A stretch of 64,000 nt of DNA from an uncultured Candidatus Saccharibacteria bacterium (GTDB lineage: Bacteria; Patescibacteriota; Minisyncoccia; Phycocordibacterales; UBA6899): positions 522 to 64,521 of the forward strand of contig CAYLUP010000002.1 of assembly GCA_964386905.1 (NCBI GenBank), read 5' to 3'. Shown here in pieces: positions 46,371 to 56,018 of this stretch (position 1 is its first letter; each line of letters opens with the position of its first letter). The position numbers were made by a program, and so were the translations under genes. The notes under the pieces were generated by a model, which saw only the letters and a list, made by a program, of their open reading frames with translations, did not search any database and had not been told where the DNA came from.

Positions 46371-47218
46371 GTAGTGTTATCACGAAGGCGGTCATTGCTG
46401 CTGCGGGAAGTGGTACGCGTTTTTTGCCGACCACGACTGTTGTCCCCAAGGAACTTATTCCCATGCTCGATAGGCCAGCAATCCAGTGGGTTGTTGACGA
46501 ACTCGTTGCGTCTGGGGTTACTGACATTCTTTTTGTGATCGCACCAGGGAAGGAAAGTATTCAGCAATATTTTTCTCCACATGATGATATCGAACGCCAT
46601 CTTCTTGCTGTGAGGAAGGAGGAGCTTTACCGTGAAGTTGCACATGTTTCTCGCGCAGCGCATATTGAGTTCGTGTACCAAACTGGACCGTATGGCAATG
46701 GCACACCGCTTCTCTGCGCGAAAGCATTCGTTGGGGAAGACCCATTTATTTATGTTTGGCCCGATGACCTCGTCTTGTCGGACACGCCATTTACCCAGAC
46801 ACTGATAGAGCGGTATGCGCGTACACATGGAATGGTTATTGGAGTTGACGAGGTTCCGTGGGAAGACGTGTGTAAGTACGGCGTTGTGGACAAGGAGAAA
46901 GGGACAGGGGTTATCCGTGGGGTCATTGAAAAACCCCGCATGGAAGATGCTCCGTCAAATCTTGTCCAATTTGGGCGCATGGTGTTGACTCGCGACATTT
47001 TTCCCGCGCTCGAAGATACGCCACTTGGCAGAGGAAATGAATTGTGGTTTGCAGATGGGCTCATGCGCTACATTACTTCAGGTGGTGTTGCATATGCTGA
47101 GCCTATCCCAGACGGGAAATGGTACACGACGGGGGACCCTGTAAACATGTTTCAGACAACCTTGGCATATGCAGCACAGGACCCGAAGTACAAACATCTT
47201 CTGACATCACCATTATGA
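46367..47218 (+). CDS. galU: UTP-glucose-1-phosphate uridylyltransferase
   Basis: KAVIAAAGSGTRFLP.T..PKE, YGVV, IEKP. Confidence 0.88.
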   Translation: MSSVITKAVIAAAGSGTRFLPTTTVVPKELIPMLDRPAIQWVVDELVASGVTDILFVIAPGKESIQQYFSPHDDIERHLLAVRKEELYREVAHVSRAAHIEFVYQTGPYGNGTPLLCAKAFVGEDPFIYVWPDDLVLSDTPFTQTLIERYARTHGMVIGVDEVPWEDVCKYGVVDKEKGTGVIRGVIEKPRMEDAPSNLVQFGRMVLTRDIFPALEDTPLGRGNELWFADGLMRYITSGGVAYAEPIPDGKWYTTGDPVNMFQTTLAYAAQDPKYKHLLTSPL

Positions 47219-47284
47219 TACAAAGCCGCGAAAGCGGCTTTTTTATGGGGATAAAAATAGATACTTACTGGCATTGATGATATA

Positions 47285-48001
47285 ATGCAACTGAAGAATA
47301 TGACAACCATTCTCTTGAAACTCTCAGGTGAGGCACTCTCTGGTGATACACAGCAGGGATTGTATTCGGAGTTTGTCTTGCAATCAATTACAGCGACGCT
47401 CTCGCGTATTGTTGCTGCATCGCATCGAGTCATGATTGTTATCGGAGGAGGAAATATTGTTCGCGGCAATACTCTCGCGCGTAATCTTTCAGTTTCGAGG
47501 CCGACGGCTGATTATATTGGAATGCTTGCGACAATTCAGAATGCCTTAGTGCTAAAGGAATATTTTCAGGCGCACGGGCTTGATGCACGTGTTGCATCGG
47601 CAATTGCAATGCCGCAAGTGTGTGAACCCTATGTTCCAATGCAAGTGAAGCAGCATATTGAAAATGGCCGCGTGGTGATTTTTGCCGCGGGGCTTGGTGT
47701 TCCATATTTTACTACAGACACCACAGCGGTTCAGCGCGCACTCGAACTTTCTGCTGATGAGGTTATTTTTGTAAAGAATGGTGTTGATGCACTCTATGAT
47801 GCGGATCCAAAAGTGGTTCCGACAGCATCTCGCATTCGAAGTATCACCGCATCACGTGTTATTGAAAAAGAGCTTCGTGCGCTTGATCTTTCTGCTGTTG
47901 CTCTTGCGCGTGAGCACAAGCTTCCTCTCCGCATCATTGGTATGGGAAACATGGGACAGATGCTGAATCCTGAACTCGGAACAACAATTTCTCCAGAATA
48001 G
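47285..48001 (+). CDS. pyrH: Uridylate kinase
   Basis: LLKLSGEAL, GGGNI.RG, ADYIGMLAT, PYFTTDT, YDADPK. Confidence 0.95.
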   Translation: MQLKNMTTILLKLSGEALSGDTQQGLYSEFVLQSITATLSRIVAASHRVMIVIGGGNIVRGNTLARNLSVSRPTADYIGMLATIQNALVLKEYFQAHGLDARVASAIAMPQVCEPYVPMQVKQHIENGRVVIFAAGLGVPYFTTDTTAVQRALELSADEVIFVKNGVDALYDADPKVVPTASRIRSITASRVIEKELRALDLSAVALAREHKLPLRIIGMGNMGQMLNPELGTTISPE

Positions 48002-48002
48002 T

Positions 48003-48632
48003 ATGCAAGATGACACGCTCCAGAACCAGTGTGCGCCATCCTCTGATGAGTGCTCAGGTGATTTGCATCAAGGCATGTGTTGCCTTGACGCTTTTTCTTT
48101 GTCTGCTCACATACGCAATGGCGCGGTTGGGGTTCTTGCGACAGACACATTGTATGGGCTTGTCGGCACAGCGCTTTTTCCGGATGTTGTGAATCGGATA
48201 TATCAGTTGAAACGCCGTAATGTTCACAAACCACTCATTATTCTCGTTTCAGACGTCGAACAAATGAAGTACTTTGGCGTAGAGTTGTCAAAGGATATCC
48301 TTCGCGCTGTACGGACGTATTGGCCTGGTAGGTATTCCATTGTGTTCAAGACATCACAACCAGATCGTTTTGATTATCTCACCCGAGGGACGGGAACATT
48401 GTGTTTTCGTATGCCTGATCGAGCGGATCTTTTTGAGCTCATTGATCTCGCTGGCCCTATTGTGGCCCCCTCGGCAAACCCAGAAGGTCAGCCGCCAGCA
48501 AAAACGATTGCGGAAGCAAGGATTTACTTTGGTGAGCAAGTCGATTTTTATTGTGATGCAGGCCTTATTGATCGTGAACCAAGTATTGTTGTTGAATACA
48601 ATAATGGGGAAATGAAAGTACTCAGAGATTAG
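48003..48632 (+). CDS. tsaC: Threonylcarbamoyl-AMP synthase (YrdC/Sua5)
   Basis: TDTLYGL, IY.LK.R..KPL, WPG, APSAN. Confidence 0.92.
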   Translation: MQDDTLQNQCAPSSDECSGDLHQGMCCLDAFSLSAHIRNGAVGVLATDTLYGLVGTALFPDVVNRIYQLKRRNVHKPLIILVSDVEQMKYFGVELSKDILRAVRTYWPGRYSIVFKTSQPDRFDYLTRGTGTLCFRMPDRADLFELIDLAGPIVAPSANPEGQPPAKTIAEARIYFGEQVDFYCDAGLIDREPSIVVEYNNGEMKVLRD

Positions 48633-48750
48633 CGATGAGACAGAAATAGCAAAAACGAGGTTGCTGTGTTTTGAGAAAGTGATAATTTCCACGTAATATG
48701 CAATATACATCTTCCTTTGCATTTTCCTATTCCGCCATTATAATCAAGAA

Positions 48751-50550
48751 ATGATAGATTCAATGACGATGCGGTCACGTTTTTTGGAGTTTTTTAAACA
48801 ACGTGGACACGCAATTTTGCCTTCTGCATCACTGATCCCAGAGAATGACCCATCTGTGCTATTTAACACTGCAGGCATGCAGCCGTTGGTACCATATCTG
48901 TTGGGACAACCGCATCCACAAGGAACACGTCTCGCAAATAGTCAGAAGTGTGTTCGCACTGTCGATATCGACGAGATCGGAGACAATACTCATGCAACTT
49001 TTTTTGAGATGCTTGGGAACTGGTCGCTCGGAGACTACTTTAAACAAGAAGCTATTTCTTGGAGTTTTGATTTCCTCACCAACATAGAATATGGACTTGC
49101 GCTTGATCCAAAAAAGCTCTATGTGACTGTTTTTGGCGGGAATGATGACGCGCCACAGGATGATGAGGCATATGCAATTTGGGCAAAACATTTTTCCTCT
49201 GTAGGCATCAATCCGGAAGGGCACATTTTCTATATGAAGACACTTCCAAATGGAAAAGAGCCGAACTGGTGGAGTCCTGGAGATAACGGCCCGTGCGGTC
49301 CAGATTCAGAAATGTTTTACAATGTTTCTGGTAAGGACTTGGGGAATCTCACCCATGCAGAATTTGTTGCTGCAGATGATCGGCAAGATATCGTTGAAAT
49401 TTGGAATGATGTGTTCATGGAGTATGAAAAGAAGGACGGAAAAGTTGTCGGGAAGCTCGCAAAACAAAATGTTGATACGGGTTCAGGGTTAGAGCGTGTT
49501 TTGATGGTGATGCAGGGGAAGAACAATATCTTCGATACAGACATTTTTGCACCTATCATGACATATACACGGACGATTACGACTGGTGAACGAAGTGCAC
49601 GGATTATTGCCGACCATATGCGTACTGCAATTTTCTTGATTAGTGATGGTGTTCGTCCAAGTAATTCTGATCAAGGCTATATTCTCCGCCGCTTGATTCG
49701 TCGTGCGGTATTACGTACAACGTCGAAAACACTTTCCCGTGACGCCGTTGTAGATATTGTGCGTATTATTTCCGAAAAGTACATTGGAGTGTATGACAGT
49801 ATTTGTGAGCAGCAAAGGGAAATTGTGGATGTTATTGACGGCGAGTCAAAGAAGTTTGAGCGTTCTATCGAACAAGGCTTGAAGCAATTTGAACGTATCG
49901 CAAAACACGGATTAACGATCTCCGGTGATCAGGCATTCGATCTCTATCAATCCTATGGTTTTCCATTTGAGGTGACCAGGGAGGTCGCTCATGACAGAGG
50001 CATGACTATAGATGAGGAAGGATACCGCATTAAACTTGCAGAACATCAGGCAAAATCACGTGCTGGTGCAGAGCAGAAGTTTAAGGGTGGTCTTGCGGAT
50101 CATAGCGATAAGGTGGTGAAGTATCACACGGCAACGCACTTGTTGCACCGTGCGCTCCATATCGTACTCAACGAGGATGCAACGCAGAAGGGGTCAAATA
50201 TTACCGAAGAGCGTTTGCGTTTTGACTTTGCCTATCCTACAAAGATGACTCCAGAAGAAATCAAGAGAGTAGAAGATATCATCAACGAGGTTATCGCAAA
50301 GGATCTTCCTGTGTTCTATGAAGATGTGCCAAAGGAAGAAGCAGAGCGCCGTGGCGCACGTGGACTCTTTGGAGATAAATATGGAGACATCGTCCGTATT
50401 TATGAAATTGGAAAAGGTGATGAGCGTTTCTCGATTGAATTCTGTGGTGGACCGCACGTCGAGCGCACTGGTGTGCTGGGTCATTTTCGTATTACGAAAG
50501 AGGAAGCATCATCTCAGGGGGTACGAAGGATCAAGGCAGTGCTAGAGTAG
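48751..50550 (+). CDS. alaS: Alanine-tRNA ligase (lacks C-Ala domain)
   Basis: F..AGMQP, TFFEMLGN.S.GDYFK, HTATHLLH, EFCGGPHV, GVRRI then stop. Confidence 0.97.
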   Translation: MIDSMTMRSRFLEFFKQRGHAILPSASLIPENDPSVLFNTAGMQPLVPYLLGQPHPQGTRLANSQKCVRTVDIDEIGDNTHATFFEMLGNWSLGDYFKQEAISWSFDFLTNIEYGLALDPKKLYVTVFGGNDDAPQDDEAYAIWAKHFSSVGINPEGHIFYMKTLPNGKEPNWWSPGDNGPCGPDSEMFYNVSGKDLGNLTHAEFVAADDRQDIVEIWNDVFMEYEKKDGKVVGKLAKQNVDTGSGLERVLMVMQGKNNIFDTDIFAPIMTYTRTITTGERSARIIADHMRTAIFLISDGVRPSNSDQGYILRRLIRRAVLRTTSKTLSRDAVVDIVRIISEKYIGVYDSICEQQREIVDVIDGESKKFERSIEQGLKQFERIAKHGLTISGDQAFDLYQSYGFPFEVTREVAHDRGMTIDEEGYRIKLAEHQAKSRAGAEQKFKGGLADHSDKVVKYHTATHLLHRALHIVLNEDATQKGSNITEERLRFDFAYPTKMTPEEIKRVEDIINEVIAKDLPVFYEDVPKEEAERRGARGLFGDKYGDIVRIYEIGKGDERFSIEFCGGPHVERTGVLGHFRITKEEASSQGVRRIKAVLE

Positions 50551-50646
50551 TCATGAGTCATGAGTTATGAGTCATGAGAAAAAACACCATCATGTGATGG
50601 TGTTTTTTATTGCCAGTGTTGGTCTGGTATGTACAATATAAGTGAT

Positions 50647-50997
50647 ATGGTTACAAAGAAATCTCTGGAAAAGTATGGTTTTACTCCATTTTCGCTCCAT
50701 GTTGTGTATTGCGCTCTCTCTATACCCAAAGGACGAGTAACGACGTATGGAAGGATTGCAAAGGCAGCGGGAGGTGGTTCGATGAGTGCACAAAGCGTTT
50801 CAGGGATTTTGTGGCGAGCATCCCAGAAGGGAGTAAAAGATATTCCTTGGCATAGAATTGTTTATGCTGATGGCAGAATCTGGCTTGATGAAGTGTCAAA
50901 AAAGGAGCGTTTAGCATTGCATCGTAAAGAGGGGATAATTATTGACACAAAAGGGAAGGTTGTTGATTTTGAAAAGAAGCTATTTGAGTATACTTAA
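50647..50997 (+). CDS. MGMT family alkyltransferase-like (Atl) protein
   Basis: IPKGRVTTYG.IA, PWHRIV (Trp in place of the catalytic Cys). Confidence 0.9.
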   Translation: MVTKKSLEKYGFTPFSLHVVYCALSIPKGRVTTYGRIAKAAGGGSMSAQSVSGILWRASQKGVKDIPWHRIVYADGRIWLDEVSKKERLALHRKEGIIIDTKGKVVDFEKKLFEYT

Positions 50998-51063
50998 TCG
51001 CATTCATAGTGTTTCACTTTCCTCCTTGCCTAATTTGATGGATTGTGTTACATTGTCCACACT

Positions 51064-51297
51064 ATGAAGACGGATATCCACCCTAAATTTAATGAGCAGG
51101 TAAAGGCAGCTTGTGCATGTGGTGCAGAGGTTGTTGTTGGTTCAACTCTCAAAGAAATCAACGTTGAAATCTGTTCACACTGCCACCCCCTCTTTACTGG
51201 TACTGAGAAGGTTATGGACACAGCAGGCCGCATGGAGAAGTTCAAGGCTCGTGTAGCTGCGGGAACAGCGAAGAAGGCTACAGTCAAGAAGAAGTAA
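51064..51297 (+). CDS. rpmE: 50S ribosomal protein L31
   Basis: MKTDIHP, CACG, EICSHCHPLFTG, DTAGR. Confidence 0.97.
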   Translation: MKTDIHPKFNEQVKAACACGAEVVVGSTLKEINVEICSHCHPLFTGTEKVMDTAGRMEKFKARVAAGTAKKATVKKK

Positions 51298-51420
51298 GAA
51301 AACAGTCATGAGTCATGAGTCATGAGTCAGTAGTGTCGCAAAGCGGCTCTGATGATTCATGCTTGGCTTATGGCTTTTTCATTTCTCATGTCTACATACT
51401 CATGACTGATGACTACTATT

Positions 51421-52404
51421 ATGGAATACGATACAGCACAATTTAAAGAGGATTATCGCACCAAGTATTTAGCAGAAGACTTGGAGCGCATGCAACGCGA
51501 ACGCGCAGAGCTCGACGTGCTTCTTTCTGATCAAGAAATGGCAGATCTTGCAAGAGAGGACGCTACGACACTTGATGCCGCAATGAAGGAATTGTACGAG
51601 CGGCTATTGGCAATTCAAAAGGCCGCAGAAGAGGAAGAGGAGATCCCTCGAGAGCTCGTCCTTGAGGTTCGCGCAGGTGTTGGTGGTGAAGAGGCTGCAA
51701 TTTTTGCGGAAGACCTTGCACGCATGTATCAAATGTATGCAAAAGAAAAAGGTTGGAGATTTGATGTTATTGATGAAAGCCGTGCTGAAATGGGCGGGTA
51801 TAAAGAAGCATCGTTCGAAATCACAGGGAATGAATGTTATGAATTACTCCGGTATGAGACTGGTGTGCATCGTGTTCAGCGCGTTCCTGCAACTGAAAAG
51901 TCCGGACGCATCCATACCTCTACCGCCGCTGTTCTCGTGCTTCCGATTCGAAAGAAGTCCAAAGTGCAGATTAATCAATCAGACGTTGAGATGCAGTTTA
52001 CCCGTGCTGGTGGGGCTGGAGGTCAGAATGTGAATAAGGTGGAGACAGCTGTGCACTTATTTCATAAACCATCCGGAATTCATGTCCACTGCGCTGTTGA
52101 GCGTTCTCAGTTGAAGAATCGTGAAAAAGCATTTACTATTCTTGCTGCAAAGCTCGAGCAGCTTGAGGATGAAAAGAATGCTGCAAAAAATGCAGAACTT
52201 CGTTCCGCTGTAGGCTCTGGAGATAGGTCTGAGAAGATTCGTACGTATAATGTCCTTCAAGATCGTGTGACTGATCACCGAATAAAGGAATCGTGGCATG
52301 GCATAGAGTCCATCCTTGCAGGTGGTGTTGGCAAGATTGTTGAGACTGTGCGTGAGCGTGCACTTGCGGGGACGATGGGTGACGGTTCTGATGATGACGA
52401 ATAA
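51421..52404 (+). CDS. prfA: Peptide chain release factor 1
   Basis: RVQRVPATE (PxT), [18 protein letters not shown]; follows rpmE. Confidence 0.95.
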   Translation: MEYDTAQFKEDYRTKYLAEDLERMQRERAELDVLLSDQEMADLAREDATTLDAAMKELYERLLAIQKAAEEEEEIPRELVLEVRAGVGGEEAAIFAEDLARMYQMYAKEKGWRFDVIDESRAEMGGYKEASFEITGNECYELLRYETGVHRVQRVPATEKSGRIHTSTAAVLVLPIRKKSKVQINQSDVEMQFTRAGGAGGQNVNKVETAVHLFHKPSGIHVHCAVERSQLKNREKAFTILAAKLEQLEDEKNAAKNAELRSAVGSGDRSEKIRTYNVLQDRVTDHRIKESWHGIESILAGGVGKIVETVRERALAGTMGDGSDDDE

Positions 52405-52437
52405 GAAAAAGCCGCTCGAGGGAGCGGCTTTTGGATA

Positions 52438-52758
52438 TCAACGAAGCGTCTGTGCGAGCTTCGGGAGATGGACGAGATGGAAAAGGACCTCCTCAGCGAT
52501 GGTCGGATCAATGATCTCGATGTGCCACTTCTCTACATGCCTAAGCATGCCGATGCGGGCAGTATACGAGTCGTTGCGTGTCTGGATGCAGATCTCGCTG
52601 TGTACGAGATGCGCTTCGCGGGCCTCCTCAAATCCGTCTTTGGGTTTTGGGCAGGCGGTGCCTCCGATGATGAGCCATCCTCCACTTGCAACCATGGTTC
52701 GAAAGGTATCGACATGGAGCCTCCGTGGGAAGTGTGACGAGCGTTGTGGGGTGGGCAT
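52438..52758 (-). CDS. Hypothetical protein
   Basis: SD AGGAG; converges on the bidirectional terminator at 52406-52432. Confidence 0.5.
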   Translation of the reverse strand: MPTPQRSSHFPRRLHVDTFRTMVASGGWLIIGGTACPKPKDGFEEAREAHLVHSEICIQTRNDSYTARIGMLRHVEKWHIEIIDPTIAEEVLFHLVHLPKLAQTLR

Positions 52759-52961
52759 GATGCTCCTGTGCTGTGGGTTGTTGGAAAGAACGTCAGTTAT
52801 TTATACAATACGATAATTTATCAGTCAAGTATTTTTTGTGTTGCGGTTGCAGGCAGGAGCTTCTTTGGCGCATTATTGGTTTCATAATTGAATACTCTTG
52901 CTTTTTTGTCCTTCTATGGTAATATTCGCCTATTATTCACAATTAACATAGAGGAAAGAAT

Positions 52962-53660
52962 ATGACAGAAAATACCGTAATCGATGCTTTGTTTAATGCC
53001 GGTGCGCACATTGGATTTGGGCGCGCTCGCCGCCATGCCTCTGTGCGCTCACAATTGTTTGGCGCAAAGAATGGCGTAGATATCATCGATCTTACTAAGA
53101 CCGTAAAGCAGCTTGATGCAGCATGTACTGCAGCTCGCGAGCTTGGAAAGCAGGGAAAGACCGTGCTTTTCGTTGGCGCAAAGAAGGAAATCGCAGATCT
53201 CGTTCTTGAGGCAGCAACTGCAGTCAACATGCCATATGTGGCAAGCCGTTGGCTCGGAGGAACACTCACCAACTTTGTTGAAATCAAGAAGCGTATCGCA
53301 CGCTTGAAGTCACTCACTGAGCAATTTGCGAAAGGTGATCTCGTGACAAAGTATACGAAGAAGGAGCGCTTGATGCTCGAGCGCGAATTGAATCGCTTGA
53401 AGGCTGATTTTGGTGGTATTGCTTCATTGGAGCAAATCCCCGCAGCATTGATTGTTGTCGATTCACGTGCAGAAAACATCGCAGTCACAGAAGCTGCAAA
53501 GGTGCGCATTCCAGTTATCGCATTGTGCAATACAGATAATGACCTCACAAAGGTTACCCATCCTATCCTTGCAAATGACGGTGCTCGCGATAGCGTAAAA
53601 TACTTCCTTGATACTGTTTCTTCAGCATTCAAGGCAGGAACCGCTCAGGCAGTAAAGTAA
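52962..53660 (+). CDS. rpsB: 30S ribosomal protein S2
   Basis: AGAHIG, IIDL, RWLGGTLTN, ANDG. Confidence 0.97.
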   Translation: MTENTVIDALFNAGAHIGFGRARRHASVRSQLFGAKNGVDIIDLTKTVKQLDAACTAARELGKQGKTVLFVGAKKEIADLVLEAATAVNMPYVASRWLGGTLTNFVEIKKRIARLKSLTEQFAKGDLVTKYTKKERLMLERELNRLKADFGGIASLEQIPAALIVVDSRAENIAVTEAAKVRIPVIALCNTDNDLTKVTHPILANDGARDSVKYFLDTVSSAFKAGTAQAVK

Positions 53661-53806
53661 TACAGAATTAAGTATACGGAATGACGAATTAAGCAAGAAT
53701 ACTTAATTCAGTATTCTGTATACTTAGTTCTTTTGCTATAATGCGTATTGTCCTATTATGACGACGAGCTCCCGAATACTCTGGTGCTCATAACTAATCA
53801 AACACT

Positions 53807-54406
53807 ATGGAAATCAACATGGATATGGTCAAGCAGCTTCGCGATGAAACGAATGTTGCAATTATGCAGTGTAAGAAGGCACTTGAGGATGCAGGTGGAG
53901 ATATGGAGAAGGCTCGCATGGCGCTTCGCAAGAAGTCAGCTGAAATCGCAACAAAGAAGGGAGATCGATCTCTCGGCTCAGGCGTTGTTGCTGCATATAT
54001 TCATGGTAATGCAACAGTAGGGGCACTTGTTGAACTCAACTGTGAGACAGACTTTGTTGCAAAAAACGAGGACTTTAAGAAGCTGGCATATGATATCGCA
54101 ATGCATGTTGCTGCAGCTGCTCCAAAATATCGCATTGAAGACGATATCACGGAAGAGGATCGTGCGAAGGCAGCAGCGTTCTTCGTCGAAGAGGTTGAGA
54201 AGCAGCTTGCTGGAAAGCCTGAAGAAATCAAGCAGAAGGCTCTCGAAGGGAAGTTGAATACGTTCTTTGCGGAACAGGTTCTTTTACGTCAACCATATGT
54301 AAAGAATCCAGATATGACTATTGCGCAATTGATTGATGGCGCGGTTCAGAAGTTCGGGGAGCGCACGGAACTTACTCGTTTTTCTCGATTTATTGTTGGG
54401 AAGTAA
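53807..54406 (+). CDS. tsf: Elongation factor Ts (short form)
   Basis: VKQLRDET..MQCKKAL, ELNCETDFVA. Confidence 0.97.
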   Translation: MEINMDMVKQLRDETNVAIMQCKKALEDAGGDMEKARMALRKKSAEIATKKGDRSLGSGVVAAYIHGNATVGALVELNCETDFVAKNEDFKKLAYDIAMHVAAAAPKYRIEDDITEEDRAKAAAFFVEEVEKQLAGKPEEIKQKALEGKLNTFFAEQVLLRQPYVKNPDMTIAQLIDGAVQKFGERTELTRFSRFIVGK

Positions 54407-54470
54407 AGAAATGCCTGCGGGCATTTTTTGCTGCAAAAATTGTGGAATATGGTATAATATATAGACCGTT

Positions 54471-54923
54471 ATGACTTTTCTTGTCACTCTTTGGATTGCA
54501 TCAGTTATCGGCTTACTCGTGATGTTTGTGGGCGCTTTGGCGGGAGTCACCTCTCGACACGCAGGAAAACATCTCTCTCGAGGTGTCCCCGTTGGTTGGT
54601 GGGATCTTCTCGTGTTGACATATCAAGACACCATTTCCGCTGCTGTTGACTTGTGGCATGCATTTTTGCCATATATCCACAATGGAATTACAGCGATTCT
54701 TGCACGCCTTCTTGCATCAAGAGATCGTGTCTATGCAAAGCTTTTTGGTTATCCTGCTGTTCCACAGGGAGGAGTAGTCTCATTCTTTTTGAAGCGGATT
54801 GTTGCACATAAGGAAGAGTTCCGTCAGAAAATGGAAGAGAGGCAAGCACTCTATGATGAAATTCCAGAAGAACAGGAAAAAGAAAAGTATCAATTTTCAG
54901 ACTTAAAACCAGAAAAGGAATAG
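54471..54923 (+). CDS. Hypothetical membrane protein
   Basis: N-terminal TM; VSFFLKRI motif; TGGTATAAT extended -10 upstream. Confidence 0.65.
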   Translation: MTFLVTLWIASVIGLLVMFVGALAGVTSRHAGKHLSRGVPVGWWDLLVLTYQDTISAAVDLWHAFLPYIHNGITAILARLLASRDRVYAKLFGYPAVPQGGVVSFFLKRIVAHKEEFRQKMEERQALYDEIPEEQEKEKYQFSDLKPEKE

Positions 54924-55059
54924 GATATGGTAGAGGGGGGGGATGGGGTAAGGGATTTTGTCACAAAAAATATCTCCACACCCTGTTCCCCATAGTCCTA
55001 ATCTCGTCTTTCATTCATCCTCTAGCCAAAAATTTATTTTTGTGTATAATACCCACATT

Positions 55060-55132
55060 GCCACCTTAGCTCAGTTGGTAGAGCAACGCTTTTGTAAAGC
55101 GAAGGTCGTCAGTTCAAGTCTGACAGGTGGCT
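55060..55132 (+). tRNA. tRNA-Thr(UGU)
   Basis: GCCACCT/AGGTGGC acceptor stem, D arm GCTC..GAGC, anticodon loop TT-TGT-AA, T loop TTCAAGT; no encoded CCA. Confidence 0.95.
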
Positions 55133-55242
55133 CTACGAAAAATACGCCTTGGCGTGTTTTTGTTTACAACTCGCATGCGACAAAGAGTGTTCACGGGACT
55201 CCCTTCTTTCGCTTTCTTTCATCTATGATATTATCGTCATAT

Positions 55243-56016
55243 ATGTATTCACGAGAGCAAATTGGGCTCGATGCAACACTTCCAGGAAAAGGGAACGAGC
55301 GCGGTTCTATGCATCCAGTATCCATTATGATGCGCGATATCACTGAGATTTTTGGGACAATGGGATTTAGTATCGCTGATGGTCCAGAAATAGAAACAGA
55401 GTATTACAATTTTGATACCTTAAATATTCCAAAAGATCACCCCGCACGAGATATGTGGGATACGTTTTGGTTGAAGGATAAACAGGGGGTAGAGAAACTC
55501 TTGCTGCGTACACACACATCCCCAGTGCAGATTCGGCACATGGAGAAAAAAGGTGCGCCGATTCGTATTATTGCACCAGGAAAAGTCTTTCGTTACGAAG
55601 CAACAGATGCGACTCACGAAGCGCAATTCCATCAATTCGAGGGATTGATGATTGGCAAGAAAGTCTCTCTCGCAGACTTGAAGGGTGTCCTTGAACTCTT
55701 TTTTGCACGCCTCTTCGGACGTCCTATGCAAGTGCGTTTTCGCCCATCATATTTTCCATTTACCGAGCCATCCGTTGAGATTGATATTGGGTACACGAAT
55801 GCGAAAGGAAAAGTTGAGAAATGGATCGAGGTTATGGGTGCAGGTATGGTGCATCCGAATGTCCTTCGTGCTGGAGGTATTGACCCAGAGCAATATCAGG
55901 GCTTTGCTTTTGGTGGAGGAGTCGATCGCTTTGTGATGTTGAAGTGGGGCATCCCTGATGTGCGCATGTTGTACTCTGGGGACCTGAGGCTTATTGATCA
56001 GTTTGATACTATCTAG
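55243..56016 (+). CDS. pheS: Phenylalanine-tRNA ligase alpha subunit (no N-terminal coiled coil)
   Basis: HPARDMWDTF, LRTHTSPVQ, FHQ.EG, YFPFTEPS, GMVHP. Confidence 0.97.
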   Translation: MYSREQIGLDATLPGKGNERGSMHPVSIMMRDITEIFGTMGFSIADGPEIETEYYNFDTLNIPKDHPARDMWDTFWLKDKQGVEKLLLRTHTSPVQIRHMEKKGAPIRIIAPGKVFRYEATDATHEAQFHQFEGLMIGKKVSLADLKGVLELFFARLFGRPMQVRFRPSYFPFTEPSVEIDIGYTNAKGKVEKWIEVMGAGMVHPNVLRAGGIDPEQYQGFAFGGGVDRFVMLKWGIPDVRMLYSGDLRLIDQFDTI

Positions 56017-56018
56017 TT

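Noticed and set aside
55060-55132. tRNA as an integration site
   Set aside because: No integrase and no duplicated tRNA 3' end noticed in the window
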